From assembly GCF_009834535.1 (NCBI RefSeq), contig NC_045707.1:51586001-51650000 (forward strand): DNA of 64,000 nt. Reading direction: 5' to 3'. The notes under the pieces are model-generated. The model was not told where the DNA came from and ran no database searches. It was given only the letters and a program-made list of their open reading frames with translations. Below are positions 38,091 through 51,675 of this stretch, piece by piece (the stretch's first letter is position 1; every line of letters begins with the position of its first letter). The stretch is from Camelus ferus. Its lineage: Eukaryota. The position numbers and the translations under genes are program-made.

Positions 38091-40129
38091 CCTTGGTGGA
38101 CCTTTAACTTTTTATCATTTTTCCAAACATTTTATTTTTTGATTCTTTCTTTTTTGAGTTGCCAGTTCTCTTTCACTTTCATGGGTTGCCTGGCCTTGTC
38201 TTGTATGAAATCCTGTCTCCCTTCATTCCTTAACTCCCTAATTGGTTCATCATTACTACAACTGTTTTTCATTCATGGTAGAATGCTTACATTGTTTATC
38301 TGTTCAATGGCAATGTTTACTTGTGGAATTATTTTGTAGAAAAATTATGTAGCTCTCTGTCATTTATCTAATACTTATTTGAATATTTTCCTTCTTCCTT
38401 TATGGCTTATCTATATCTGGGCAAGTGGCAATTTTATGGACCAGTTTTTTGCAAGAGTTTCCTTCCTGGGAAGGGAGGGTCATAAACAAGAGTGATGGGA
38501 TAGATCCCTGGCCTTTGCAAAGGGCTTCTTCCTCACTTGATGAGATGATTTGCTATTTCCTTCCAACATTGTGCTTCTGTCTAGCCGTGACTTTGCTGCC
38601 TCTCCAAATGCAAGCAGGTGCTAGAGGCTTTTCCCTGCCTGCCCTACATTTCCAGAGTTTCTTCATCAGCTGCTGCCGCGACGAATGCATCCAATATAAT
38701 TCCCTTACTTTTGGGAGGTGTTTTATCTGGTGCTTTCAGAACGTTTCACTCTGCGTTTTCCCCACCTTCTCTCTATTTCTTTACTGCTACTTCTGCTTCT
38801 TTTGAGAAATCTGTCCTGCTCACAGCATTTCTTACTAATGCTGGGAAGTTACTCCTTTTAGGAATGATTTTAACTGAAAGTATCTGAAATTACTATTGCT
38901 AGAGTTCTGCGGCTCAGTTGTCTTAACTTCTTACAGAAATTCTTACGCTGCTCTACTGGTCTCAGCTGTTTTGGTTTTACTTAAAAACATATTGCAATTT
39001 TCAGACTTTGTATCACATAGTTTGCATGAAAATTCACTTTGGATTTTCCCCCCTTTTGCTTCTGGAGGAGAAATGGTAAGATTCAGAACTAAGTTGCCAC
39101 AGTGTTAATACTAGTAATATTTTTTGAGTGTTTTATTTTTAATGAGGGGCTTGAAGCCCATTTTAAAATTAAAAACACGACATTTAATCAACTATAAGTG
39201 ATAGACTCATTCCATACAAATATTGCTAATAGGCATATGATTTGATTAAACTGGAAATACAGTCTCATAAAGTTGTTCTTTAAGCATGATCTACTTAGTG
39301 TAAAAAGTTATCTTCTTTATATTCTTGCCTAATCTTTATTGCAACAGTTCAGAAAGTATAAGGACAGCTTTAGGAGGACAGATACTCTCTGGGGGGATCT
39401 CAAGAGTTATATTTGAGAAGCTATTAAGTGAGACTTTGAGTAACATGATATCATTGTGAGAAAATTATGTCAAGAAATGACTTCTTACTCATTGCAAATT
39501 TCCCCATAGCCAGCCTAAGCATTGTATTTCAAGTTATTATTCACTCTACTGCTCTAATAGAAAAAAAAAAAAAAAAACTTCCTTTTTTTAAAAAAAACTT
39601 TTTGTCCCACTGATACTGGCTTCATTTTGTCAAGGCTGGTGAAGTGAGGTCACTTCTTCAGCTAACTTTTCAAACTTTGTATTATTAATCCATTAAATTC
39701 TTACTTTGTCTTGCTCTGAAATGCAAAAGAAAAAAGAAAAAAAAGTTAACAGGTATGGATTGATTGGCAGTCTATCTTAAAAGCATACAATTTTGTCTAT
39801 ATCTATTTTAACATTATTAATTATTTCATTTTAGTCACAAGATCTGCCCGTTTCTTATAGTGCCAAACCTTTGCTCTTTTACTCATCATTTTCAGGAATT
39901 GCATCTCTTAAGCAAAAGAATGTTCTCTTTAATAGACATAATAGAACATGCATTTTAATGAGTATTGTTTTTCATAATATCTGTTATGGAGGCTTTTAAA
40001 ATTATTACAGTGAATGTTGTCATTGACCTAATAACTATAGGCAAATATTTTATTGTCTTTCAGAGATAGTTTCAGTCAACAATGGAAACTAATTAATTAT
40101 TTTATAGTATCTCAGTACTTCTTTTGGTT

Positions 40130-40520
40130 CAATATCTATTTCTTTTTCCAAAGTTAGTTTGGATGAGGTAGGTTGATTGATCTCAACTGGGCTCATTCAG
40201 GCATCTGCAGTTAACTAGAGGGTTGTCTAGAGCTATGGCTGTGGCAGTCTTACCTGGGACAGATCACACTGTCTTTCCTGAGATAGATCACTCCATGTAG
40301 TCTCTCATTCTCCACCAGCCTCGCTGGTGCTTATTCCCATGGTAGGTGGCAGCAGTCCAGAAAGGGAGCAGAGGCATTCTATTGGTCAAAGAAACTTACA
40401 AAGCTATCCCGGATTCAAAGGGGAGAGAAACAGACTCCACCCTTGATAGCAAGAGCTGCAAAGTCACACCGTATTGCAGAGGGTGTGCAAACATAGAAAT
40501 GTGAATAATGGAGGCCATTT
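40130..40520 (-). mobile_element. MaLR (MLT1) LTR fragment
   Basis: 'ttctattggtcaaagaaacttacaaagctatcccggattcaaagggg...gagctgcaaagtcaca'. Confidence 0.8.
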
Positions 40521-42529
40521 GTGTAATCAGTGTACCAACCCTTTCAATATGGAACTGTCCCAACCTCACCCCTAGTATTTCTGTTATTCACAGTGACCTT
40601 CCTTTTGTCTCTTGACTAGGCATGTATAGCAAGACATGGGGCAACCAGTGTATCTGAAGTCCTGATACAATAATTGATCAGGGCTGGACACATGACCAAA
40701 AATTCTCTTCTTTTTAGAATAGAAGCTGATAATATACTTGCAGAATAAAGGGAGGTTAACAAAAGGAGATACAAGAAATGAAAGGAGAAATCAAGCCCTG
40801 GTACATTATTTAGCCCCTAGATCCAAATGTCCCGAGGTTAGAATCAGTCTAGATTCCTAGAAGTCATATTTGCATTCCTTACTAAATCCCTTTTCTGAAC
40901 AAAACCAATTTGAGCTGGGTTAGTGCCTGCTTTAAAATGAAGCAGCCCCGAATAAGATGTCAGAAATACATTTAAGTGATACATCTGCAAATATATGGAC
41001 TGGTATAAATTCTCTTAAATGTTTCTTACCTATTGTTGGCATCATACATTAATAATTTTCATGTAATTGACTCAGTGCCAGAAATGGTTGTCATGAATCA
41101 ATAATTTAAGGATTATTTGCCTGTGCATTTCACTATCATGCAATACTTACAGGCCATCATAAAAGCCATTTTTACTCATTCATTAAATTGATCACTTATT
41201 AAAAAAAATTTATTAGGTGAAAGCTGCTGAGCTAGGCTCTGTGTTTTATGAATGAAAGAGACAAAATTATTATCCTCATGGAACTTGTATTTTTAAGGAT
41301 ATTTAAAATCTTGAGATACTTAGATTTTCAGAAAAAAAAATTGACTATTTGCTGATCTTAACAGTATCAATGTTAAAATGGTGAAATTTGAATGATGCAC
41401 TATTTGAAAGTTAAGTTTCAAAAAACCTGTTCGGTTTTTGAGACATGACCAGCAGAGTGAGAAAATCTATTTTATTCGTTTTTCAAAAGGTGCCCTTTTC
41501 TAATGTCAAGTAACTACAGAATGGATGAACTTTGGATGTGTCAGTCTTGGAGTGTTACGCAATTTGCTCTGAGTATGAATTAGTCGGGCTGAGACTTTGA
41601 GTGCGTTAGAAACATGAGGATGAGCTGAACACTTCCCTAAAGGGCAAAAATACACTTAAGTCTGCTTAGCTCGGATTTTGCACCATTTCTTTTACAGTGG
41701 AGATTTCCTAGTTTTACTGTGCTGTAATCTTATCTGCCAGTATATCCCTAAAACTATTATAGTCAAGACATAATGGATGGAAGATTTGGAATAATGACAT
41801 ACTTTTTAGGGTTGACTTACTACCCAGAAATGAGTAAATCTGCTTCCACAAAAGATGAAAGACATAGGGCACTTTTTTTTTCTATACTTGTTGTGATTTA
41901 GCTTTTTCCCAGTTTAAAATTAAGTAATTCATTTACTCAACTAGCATGATTACGAAAATCATAAAGCCATTAGTATGAGTTTGTTTTAATTAAAGTCACA
42001 AATATTCTAGTTGAAGTGGTTAGTGTCTTTAATATTGTAAAAACACACAAACATATCCTAAAAAATTACTTGACAGTGAAAGGTCTGGAACATATGTAGT
42101 GATACCTATTACTAAAGCCACACTATGATCCTAGGATGCTGGGAAGTAGAGAGAGTTACTGAGGGGAAAAAATGCAATGGAGCAAAAGTGGCAAGTAGCA
42201 GAAGCAGGTGGGTAGAAGAAGCACCTGGCTGGAAGGATGTCAACTCATGTTTTTCTTCCTATCCTTCTGCCTTCCCTAGTTCTGATAGCCTCCATCTGAG
42301 CACTGAAATCTGCCCTTGTTTCTGGGACAGTTTTAATGAGGACAATTTACAGCCAGAGGATGAATTTTTTTTTTTCTGCTCTGATTCTGGGAATTACCTT
42401 TCCCCCATCTCATGTGATTCCCTGTCATCACCCAGGCACAGAGATGGGTCCACACGTGAGTACATTACCCAAATAGAGTCAGTCAAGATCATTATACTAC
42501 TGACTTGAGAGAGATTGGTTATGCTTGTA

Positions 42530-42785
42530 TTTATTTTTCAGATAACTTTAATGGAAAATTTCTAATGTGCCAATCACTATTCCAAGAGGTTTATGTGGAA
42601 GAAATCATTTAATTCTCACAAAAACTTTATGAGCTTTGATACTATTATTATACTCATTTTATAGATAGAAAAACTGAAACTCAGAAGTATTAAGTTGCTT
42701 GGCCAAGGATCATATAGCTAGTAAGTTGCAGGTCTGTATTCTAAACAATGCTGGATCAAGGTGCTTTCTCTTAACCAACTTAAGA
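42530..42785 (-). mobile_element. MIR SINE
   Basis: 'tcatttaattctcacaaaaactttatgag...cattttatagatagaaaaactgaaactcagaag'. Confidence 0.85.
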
Positions 42786-42892
42786 TATTATTTCTCTTCT
42801 GAAATGGTAAATTATAAACACCACATAAGCATAAGCACACTAAGAAACTTGCTTGAAAACACAACCAATAGAATAATAATAATACACACAGC

Positions 42893-42904
42893 TAATAATA
42901 ATAA

Positions 42905-42936
<32 letters not shown>

Positions 42937-42949
42937 ATAGTAATAATAA
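42893..42949. repeat. (AAT)n(AGT)n trinucleotide microsatellite
   Basis: Directly visible. Confidence 0.9.
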
Positions 42950-44260
42950 ACAGCAGAAGAGACAGGCTAACAATAACGTTATTTGAGCATGTCTCTATTC
43001 AGTCTTAGAAGGAATCACAACTCCTCCTCCTTCCGTTCCATTCTCTTTGGTAGACTATTTCTTCCCCAGCAAATCTACACAAAATGAATATTATCATGTG
43101 ATACCCAAGATCCTTTGATGTCACCCTCTGATATCCTGATGATAGATCAACATAACTGTTTTGAGAATTGAAAAATAGAGTAAATGGCTATCTTTCCTGG
43201 GAATAGCTTTCCTCCCTTTATTCTTCCATTCTAAGACCTTTATGTTGACATAAACTTTAATAATTCCTGTCTGTGATTGAATTCAGCTAAATTGTGGGAG
43301 GTGGCACCGTCTAATTACATACAGAAAATATTACATAATAAAAGAAAATCATCTATGAGTGCTTACATGCTGTGTAGCAGAAAAACATCACTTAGACCTC
43401 TTCATAACACAAAGAGAACTCTGTCACTTTCTATCCGTTTTAGCACATCAGAAGAGTCAGTTTGCAAACAATAATGGAGAACTCAAGCAGAAGACTCCCA
43501 CAAGATAGTCCTCATACACATTTTCTGCGCCCCCTTTTCTACTACAGACTTTCATCATGCCCTCATTTTGGACCAGCTGTTCAGGTCTCTACTGTTTTAG
43601 GTAGTTTGGGGTAGTAATAACAGAAAGATATTTCAAAGTTTTCAGTAAAGTGCTTCTTTACCAAAGGAAGAAAAAATATGTCACTATTATTGCACCTTAT
43701 TTCTTGTAGCACAAATATAGAAGTACCTAACTGGGCTAGAATGTGAATTAGTTAAAAAAAAAAAATCAGCCAGAGATTTTTTGTTCCCAGCACTCACTAA
43801 CAAGCAGAACACTTCTCCCCACTTAGCTGGCAAAACCTTTGAAACACAAAGCCTGTGCCCAAAGGTGGTTCTTCCTTTGTCTGGGAAGGGGGTCTGATGT
43901 TTATTCCTCAGCAGTTCCTGAAGCTCTGAACAAACCATGACTTTTTCCACATGCAGCTCTCTTAACACTTCAGGACCTGTAGCTGAATGTCTAACGTCAA
44001 ATGATTTTAGCCTTTAAAATTTATTTTCAAAATTTTTCTGTTTTGCTCTGATAAAGCTGCTTCCCACATAGATCCAGATAAAACATGAACTTTTGTTAAT
44101 TTCTGTGGCTCTCTGTAATTTTCTTTACCAGCTGAGGCCAGTGTTTAAATTCTCTCCATGGTTCTTCGGTCTGAAACATTGCAGATTCCTTTTGAGGAAG
44201 AATTCCTTTAGTACTTTCCCATATTGAATTGTATAGCCATACGTGTTTTTACCGTGAAGT

Positions 44261-44321
44261 GTATGTATGTATGTATGTATGTATGTATGTATTTATGTAT
44301 GTATGTATGTATTTATTTATT
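44261..44321. repeat. (TATG)n microsatellite grading into (TATT)n
   Basis: Directly visible. Confidence 0.95.
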
Positions 44322-46118
44322 GAAGTGTGTTTATAAAGATGTTCTTAATCTTTTACTGAAAATTCTTGCTTAAACATATCTTTTATTTTTTCTTAATGTA
44401 ATTTTCTGTCGACTTTAGTTTGATCCTTTATTCACTTTGAGATTTGAAACAGCACTGTCTTTAATTACAGGAATAATATGTGCAGCCAGATGGGTGTGTG
44501 TAATAAGTTCATTTATACCTTTTAAAACAAAACACTAGTTTGTTTCTGTTTCTTTAGTTCTTTGGAGAGGCAGCTGTCTTAGTCTTATATAAATTAGTGC
44601 ACTGGCTCAATTTAGATGGATTTGCCTTGGCCCCTACTTTAAACTCCCTTAGAGAACCAGCATTAAGAACGCTGTTGACAATTAACAGTAGTTGAATTTT
44701 TTTTAAGTGAGTGAGTCACACGGTGTATTCAAGTTGCAATCTGAAACATCAGCTCTGTTGACTGTATACCAAGCTTCATTCCCCCGTATTGAACTACTCA
44801 CCAGTTTTGTCCATTGTGTCTGTAAAATATTCCTTGAATCCATCCCATGAGACCTAGTGCAAGCACCTGCATCTCTTACCTGAGTTTTAACTTTCTCTAT
44901 AATATACATGTATCCATTCTCTTCTATCACTATCTAATGCCTTCTCAATATTGCTGATCTACTTTTTAATAAAGAAAATATTTGCAAATAGTTCTCTTGC
45001 TGAAGAAACTGATGCTACTCTGTTTCAAAATAAAAATCTAAAGTTCTTATCATAGTATGTTGGGACTTTTTGAAAATTGTTTCCATCATAGTTTTCCAGC
45101 TTAACTTCCAGCCAACAATTAACCAAAAACACATTATACGTTATCAAGACATGTGTGCTTGGGAATTTCTAAACACTTTTTACTTTCCCTGACTGGTCTA
45201 AATAGATTTTATTCAATGACATTTACTTGGATTATACTTTGTGCAAGATAATTTTTTAAGAGTTAAAATACAGGAAAAATAAAATAGACGAGGTCTTTGT
45301 TGTTTTCTAAATTACACTATAAAGAGAGCAATCTAAACAAATAAGTAAACGTATATATGAAAAGGAGACTACGATAACTATGAATATTTATGCATGTATA
45401 TGTATGTGATAATTTTAGATAATAGTAAGTGCTGTGAAGAAAATTAAAACAATATAGTAAGTTAGACAGTGCTTTCTCAACAAGAAGTTGAAAGCAATTT
45501 AAACGTAGCCATATTTATAACTTAGCATAATAATAATAGCTAAAGTGTATGGTGTGTTTACTATTAGTACCTGTATTATTCCGAACACTTTTCATGGATT
45601 AAATTATATTCCCAAATCATTGTTATAGATAAAGTAACAGAGCTCGAGGAAGCTTAAATAAATTTCCGAAGCCATAACTAAGGAAGCTAAGAAAAGTCTT
45701 TTTCCAGAGCTCTGCTGCCTCTTTGCACTCGGTACCTAAGTTTTTTATGTCCCTGCAACCCACCCCTCTGACTCCCACCAGTTGATGGCTGAGCTGCTTG
45801 CTGGGAGGGATCGTGCCCAATTCATCTTCATATCATGTGTGTCCAGCATGTATACTAAGTTGTTACTGATTAAGTTATACTCTTGAAGAATGCATGTTGA
45901 GCATATTAAATCTTTCAAATTACACCTTGTACATGTTAAATGGGGTAAAAAGAGAAAGAGAGGGAAAGGATTCTCCATAGTTTTGTTACAAATTTTTGAA
46001 TTAGCTTAGGTTGTATATACTTTCTAAATAAAATGCTGTGTACAGAGCGGGGCAAGAGGTTGTCCACTCCTGATTCATATGCTAAACCTTTGCAGAAGTA
46101 TAATGAGGACTTCCCTTT

Positions 46119-46604
46119 GTTAGAAATTAATTATCTATGAATCTCTCATGTTATTTCTCATCTAGGCATTAACAGACAATTTGCTCAGATTTATTTATAC
46201 TTCAGTATAGTAAAGATAGAGATGTCTCATTCCCATCCCTAGAGAAGATCCACTTACATGGCAGGATAATATAGATAATGGCTCTCTTTGGAGAAGAGGA
46301 TGTTCAGGTTGCCAGCAGCCCCTACATAAGACCAAGTGCTTCCTGATCTCTGGTTTCTTCCTTTGTAATACACTCCCACAGTGTATGCATGCAACACTCG
46401 GCCCTAAGCATTTGCTGTGTGGGAACTGGGGCTCGCTTAACCAGCACTAAGATAATGTTCTGGCTACTGTCATTTATGTAGGTGGGAAACTTTGTCTCTC
46501 TGACCCAGAGATTTTATGTTTTTCTGTTAGTGTATATGAAACTGTGGCTAGATAACTTATCTTGCAAGTCAAGTAAAATATCAATCTCTTTGTAATTCCA
46601 GACT
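46119..46604 (+). mobile_element. ERVL solo LTR (MER54/MER74-like group)
   Basis: 3' part 'ctttgtctctctgacccagaga...tatgaaactgtggctagataacttatcttgcaagtcaagtaaaatatc' is the reverse complement of the motifs in the 36362-36874 LTR. Confidence 0.7.
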
Positions 46605-47889
46605 TAAAAAATCATAACAAATAAAAAAAGGCCTGAATTCTGGGAAGTCAAAACCTGAAATTGCCCATTACAGACGGAATGAAGTATTGACATCAGGTAC
46701 TATGTTTTTCCCACAGCTGATACCAAGCAGCATCTGGCTTTAGATGATACTTGCTATTGTTTTCCTTAACAAATGAATGAATAGTAATACAAACAGTAAT
46801 ACCCCAGTTCTTACCCTATTGTGGGGTGAGGAAAATCATGTAAAACAATATTTGCAGTTAGGTTTCCTTCCTCGGAGTTCTAAGTAACACCCAAATCAAG
46901 GATTGTACCTGCATATCTGTTTCACTGTTGCTGGATAGTTCATGGAAGTTAGAGATCATGTTTGTTATGATGTAACTTAGATAATATGTTGTTGCTAAAC
47001 TAGACAAACTATCCAAAAAAAATTTCATCTCTAATCCACCAATGCAAGCCACTATTTAAGTAGATAAGAAATAGAAATCAGTGCAATTTTAGGAAGGGTG
47101 AATAATTACCACAAATGCGATGCTTGAAGCAAATATTGAAAAGTGCTAATAATTGTTAAAACTACAGATATTCATTCATTATAGTAGTCTGACTGCTTTT
47201 ATATATTGTTGAACATTTTCATAGTAAAAAAAATTTTTTTTAAATCAAAACCATTGAGAACATGAAAGCTGAAGGGCTGTTATCTATAATACACAAAGCA
47301 TTTTTAGAAACTGGCAAAAAGTATCTAAAATGATAATGGCAAAGGATATGAAGAGAAAATTTGCAATAGCCCATCTAAGTTACCAATAAACATCAATATC
47401 AAAAGCAGCTTGAGGAGTAGAAATTAATCTAAAGATGAGTAATACAGACTATGTTTTTAAAAGATTAAATATTGCCAGAGGCAGTGATTCTGGAAAACAA
47501 AATGTATTTCCATACATCACTGATGGTTGTATGAATTGTTACAGCCTTGCATTAGAAAAGAATTTAAATTGAAAATTGACCCAGTCACTTCTGATAACCC
47601 AGCCCATAAAAATATAACAGCAGTAAATGCTTACTAAAGCATTGCTGTGAGAGAAGAAGGAATGTCCTTCAAGTGACAAATGGTTGAATATATAGTGTCA
47701 TGCATCCACTAAAGAAAGAATTAATTCTTTGCCAGCTGACTGGGAGAGAATTCCACAGTGCATTCTTGACTGAAAAAGTCATGATACAGAGAACTGTAGA
47801 TAAGACACTTTTTTTAATGAGCATTGAGAAATCCTATATATGTCTAAATATATGTATGTGTAATTCTATGATTATATGATATTATATAT

Positions 47890-49176
47890 GTAAATTTCCA
47901 TAAGTGCATAAAAGGACATAGATTTGTGTCTTGTCTGTAGACTCAGAATTCTGGGCTTCATCCCCAAAGCTAAGGACAATGGATTTTAAGAATGCTCCAA
48001 AAATGGGGGATGGGTATATTCTCATGAGACTAATACTGGTTAAACTGGCCTCACGATTGTCACCCCAACAGGCTACACAAAGAAGTCTGTTCATTAGGGA
48101 TGAGGGTTCAAGGAAGGGACCTGAAAAAATAGAGAGAACTTGGGAATGGCCCCGTCTTTCTCTTGGCCACAATTAGAGGAATTGGGCCCCGAGCATTCTC
48201 CTCACTGAGATTGTCTCAAGGGTCTGAAATGTTATCCCCTGACTTATTGTGGAGCAGGAACTTAAGAGATTTCTTGGTAGAGCATGGCCCATGCCCTTGG
48301 GTTTGGAGGCCACCAGGCCTCCCTCTTACATAGAGAGGTTTGAAAATAGAAAGAAGAAAGCCATGGGTGGTGGGCTAAGATACAGGGAGTAACTCTGGCT
48401 TTAGTGCGCGCTGGACGAAAGCTGTCTTGAAAGGACTTTACCTGAACTGAAAGGCACTTCATCTGAAAGAGTCTACCAGGGGTCTCTTGCCAGAGGCTAG
48501 GCCTGAGGGGCCAGTGTGAGAAGTCAGAAGTCAGCAAAGTCCATTGTCAGCGGAGAGGGTAGAGCTCAGCGGTAGAGTGCATGCAGGAGGTCCTGGGTTC
48601 AATCCCAAGTACCTCCATCAAAAGGAAGAAAGAAAGAAAGAAACCTAATCCTCCCCTCCCCCCACTAAAAGGTCCACTGTCTGTGACAGCCAGTTCTGCA
48701 GGAGGGCGATAAATGCAGGTCAAGAATCCAGAAATGTGCCTTTAGAGGGAAAGAGAGAGGAATAGAGGGAAATGGTGTTTGAACATTTAGACACTTGTGG
48801 TCAAAGGTACTGGTAGCCTAAAGATTAATAGTCCCAGTGATTGAAAATGCTTTTTTTTTTTTTTTTTTCAATTCTAATCCTAGTTGAGGGAGGAGAAAGG
48901 AGACTGAAAGAAAAGACCACACTTAATTTCTTTATACTGTTCTCTGGCCTAAGGAGAGAAAAGAAACTTTACACTGAATGTAAGATAAAAATACTTATTT
49001 AGCTTAGACTAGACTTTTTCATTGCCTGAGAGTGACTGTTAAACTCTGGAGTTCTGACCACATTGCTGACAAGGGGCAGGATAGTAAGAACCATCAGAGC
49101 TTTTTAAAAGTGAAAAATAAACCTGTTTCCTGATTTTATTTTACTGAGTTCAGCATATCTTTATAAAACCAGGGCA
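47890..49176 (+). mobile_element. Probable very old long LTR (about 1.2 kb; family uncertain)
   Basis: Higher-GC block starting TGTAAA. Late 'aaaataaacctgtttcctgattttattttactgagttcag' resembles ancient LTR 3' ends. Confidence 0.4.
48549..48668 (+). mobile_element. vic-1-type camelid tRNA-derived SINE
   Basis: A-box-like AGCTCAGCGG and B-box GGTTCAATCCC (48596-48606). 'agtacctccat', an A-rich middle and a 'aaacctaat..ccccc' tail follow. 13-bp TSD with 2 mismatches (48536-48548 and 48669-48681). Confidence 0.92.
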
Positions 49177-50939
49177 TTTGGGAGTTCATACACCATGCTT
49201 CACATAGATACACACAGATATAGAAGATTGGTCACTAAAATATTAATATTATATCAAAGAAATGGGATTTTGGATTTTTTTTTTTACATGAAAGCACAAT
49301 TCCATTCAATTGTAACCTGAACTTGAAATTAGAAATTGGTGCTTATCTTTCTTTTTAAACAAATGCATTTTCTTTAGGTTTATTTCCAAATACAACTATC
49401 CAGACACCAGCAAAACCTCTCTCCAGGCGCACACATACATATGAGCACACATATAAGGATGCAAGGAGAAAGTCTCCCACCTTCAACACAGAGTTTCTGA
49501 CAGACCTTCTCTGCAAAGATGCAATTCGTGCAGCTCATTAAAGTATGAGTCTCAATCAAAAAATATATAAAACCTTAAGTATTTAAATATGCAGCACAAT
49601 CAAGGAAGTGTACTAGCTGATTGTTAAAATATGCAGCCTGTTGAGTAAATCCCATTAAAGACAATTTTAGAGACTAAAATGTGTTTGAAAATTAGTAAAA
49701 TATATTATTTCAGTTGTCAAGTATATTCATATATTTCAACAGAGAAAAGAACTTGTTGTGTGGAAAGATACAAAGCACTCAAACTCTGCTAGAGAAGAAA
49801 ACCGGCACCAGGTCTGTGGGGGTGGGTCCAATGTGATGAGAGTGGGGAGTGGAGAGCAGGTTCCACTGTATCACTGGTCCCCTACGTCACAGCTGTGCTT
49901 TTGAAAATCTCACAGAACTAGAATGTGGAATGCTAACTCAAATGGAGAGATTAGTTCTTCCTTCATTCCTTAGAGGAACAGCCTCTTAGTCTACTGGAAA
50001 AGATACAAAGTGCCCAGGGGATGGTAACTAAGGCAGAGAAAGGGAGGTCTTTTTGCACAATTGGCAGAAATTGCTTTCTTACCTTCCAACAAAATGTTGT
50101 GAGGCTAAAACTGCCAATTTAGCATAGTTTTGCTTTAAAACCATTTCCTTATTTTGTACATTAATTTTTAAAACCCCCACAAAGAATAAAACTGTAGCGT
50201 TGAAATATTGCGGTCAATGCTTATGTCACGCAGCTTGATTATTGTTACATTAGTCATCTCATATATCTTTGTTTAGTATGAGAAGGAACATTTAAAAGTA
50301 TTTATACAGTCTCTTCCTTTGGTGAATTCAGCTCATGATGAGGAAGGATGTGTCTGGTTTCACATAAGCAGGCGCTATGCAGCCTTTCCATAAATGTGCA
50401 GATGGTTAGTTGATAATATCAAGTAGTCTTTTGCACAGATGGGAAAATAAAAATGATTAGTGGAAATTACACAAGAAGATTCATTCAGATCATGGCAAAT
50501 GTAACAATGTAGGAGTTATGGTTTATATTTGCAAGCTGAAATAGTGCAAAAAGAGATTGGCCTATCAAAAAAGCTGTAATCAATTTAGCAATCAGTACCC
50601 AGAAGTCCAATAACATATTAAATGCATGATCATTTTAGAAATACTCAGAAGGCTAAAATTTAGCATTCTTCTTATTCAGGCTCTCCCCTCAACTAATTGT
50701 GAATACATTTGTTAGAAATCATATTCTCTCAGCAACAATAGTTTGGCTTAGGAATATCTCTGGGAAACTACTTATTTTAAGTTTTCTAGTTCTCTCCTTA
50801 ATGGCTAATTGCTACAACTTTTCATGACTGTGTAAAGGCTAGCATAGCATTTATGTAAAACAAATGAATGAAATCCTTACCCCTACACCTGCGACCAGTT
50901 CTTGGTTTTTCTCAGGTCAAAACATATCTGAGTTCTTTC

Positions 50940-51675
50940 TTTTTTTAACTGAAGTATAGTCAGTTTACAATATTGTGTCAATTTCTGTTGTACAGCCTAA
51001 TAATTCAGTCATACATATATTCATTTTCATATTCTTTTTCATTATAGGTTACTACAAGACATTGAATATAGTTCCCTGTGCTATAGAGAAGAAATTTGTT
51101 GCTTATCTATTTTATATATGGTAGGTAGTATCTGCAAATCTCAAACTCCCAATTTATCCCTTCCCACCCCTTCCCCCACCCTGGTAACCAGAATATTGTT
51201 TTCTATGTCTGTGAGTCTCTTTCTGTTTTGTAAATAAGTTCATTTGTGTCTTTTTTTAAAATTCCACATATAAGTGATATTGTATGGTATTTTTCTTTCT
51301 CTTTCTGGCTTACTTCAACTAGAATGATGATCTCTAGGTCCATCCATGTTACAGCAAATAGCATTATTTTATTCTTTTTTATGGCTGAGTAGTATTCCAT
51401 CACAACTTCTTTATTCAGGTTATTCTTCATTTAGGTTGGTTTCATGTCTTAACTATTGTAAATACTGCTGCCATGAACATTGGGGTGCATGTATCTATTT
51501 GATTATAGTTCCCTCCAGATATATGTACAGGCATGGGATTGCTGGATCATATAGGATGTTTATTTTTAGGTTTTTAAGGGCTCTCCATACTGTTTTCCAT
51601 AATGGCTGCACCAAACTACATTCCCACCAACAGTGTAGGAGAGTTCTCTTTTCTCCACACCCTCTCCAGCATTTG
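50940..51675 (-). mobile_element. Young 5'-truncated camelid-type LINE-1
   Basis: Perfect 15-bp TSD TATCTGAGTTCTTTC (50925-50939 and 51676-51690) followed by AA. Minus-strand ORFs give '[19 protein letters not shown]' and '[23 protein letters not shown]'. Confidence 0.97.

Noticed and set aside
38139..39108. Cluster of overlapping ORFs up to 126 aa
   Set aside because: T/C-rich, stop-poor sequence that looks like the antisense strand of a degraded LINE. No recognisable protein.
42699..42986. ORF with poly-Ser/Asn
   Set aside because: Translation of a trinucleotide microsatellite next to a MIR.
36362..46604. Two related ERVL LTRs as the ends of one provirus
   Set aside because: They are in opposite orientation, highly diverged, and have no internal retroviral sequence between them.
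48549..48620. tRNA gene
   Set aside because: A and B boxes are present, but the anticodon arm is deleted and the SINE tail and TSD identify a retroposon.
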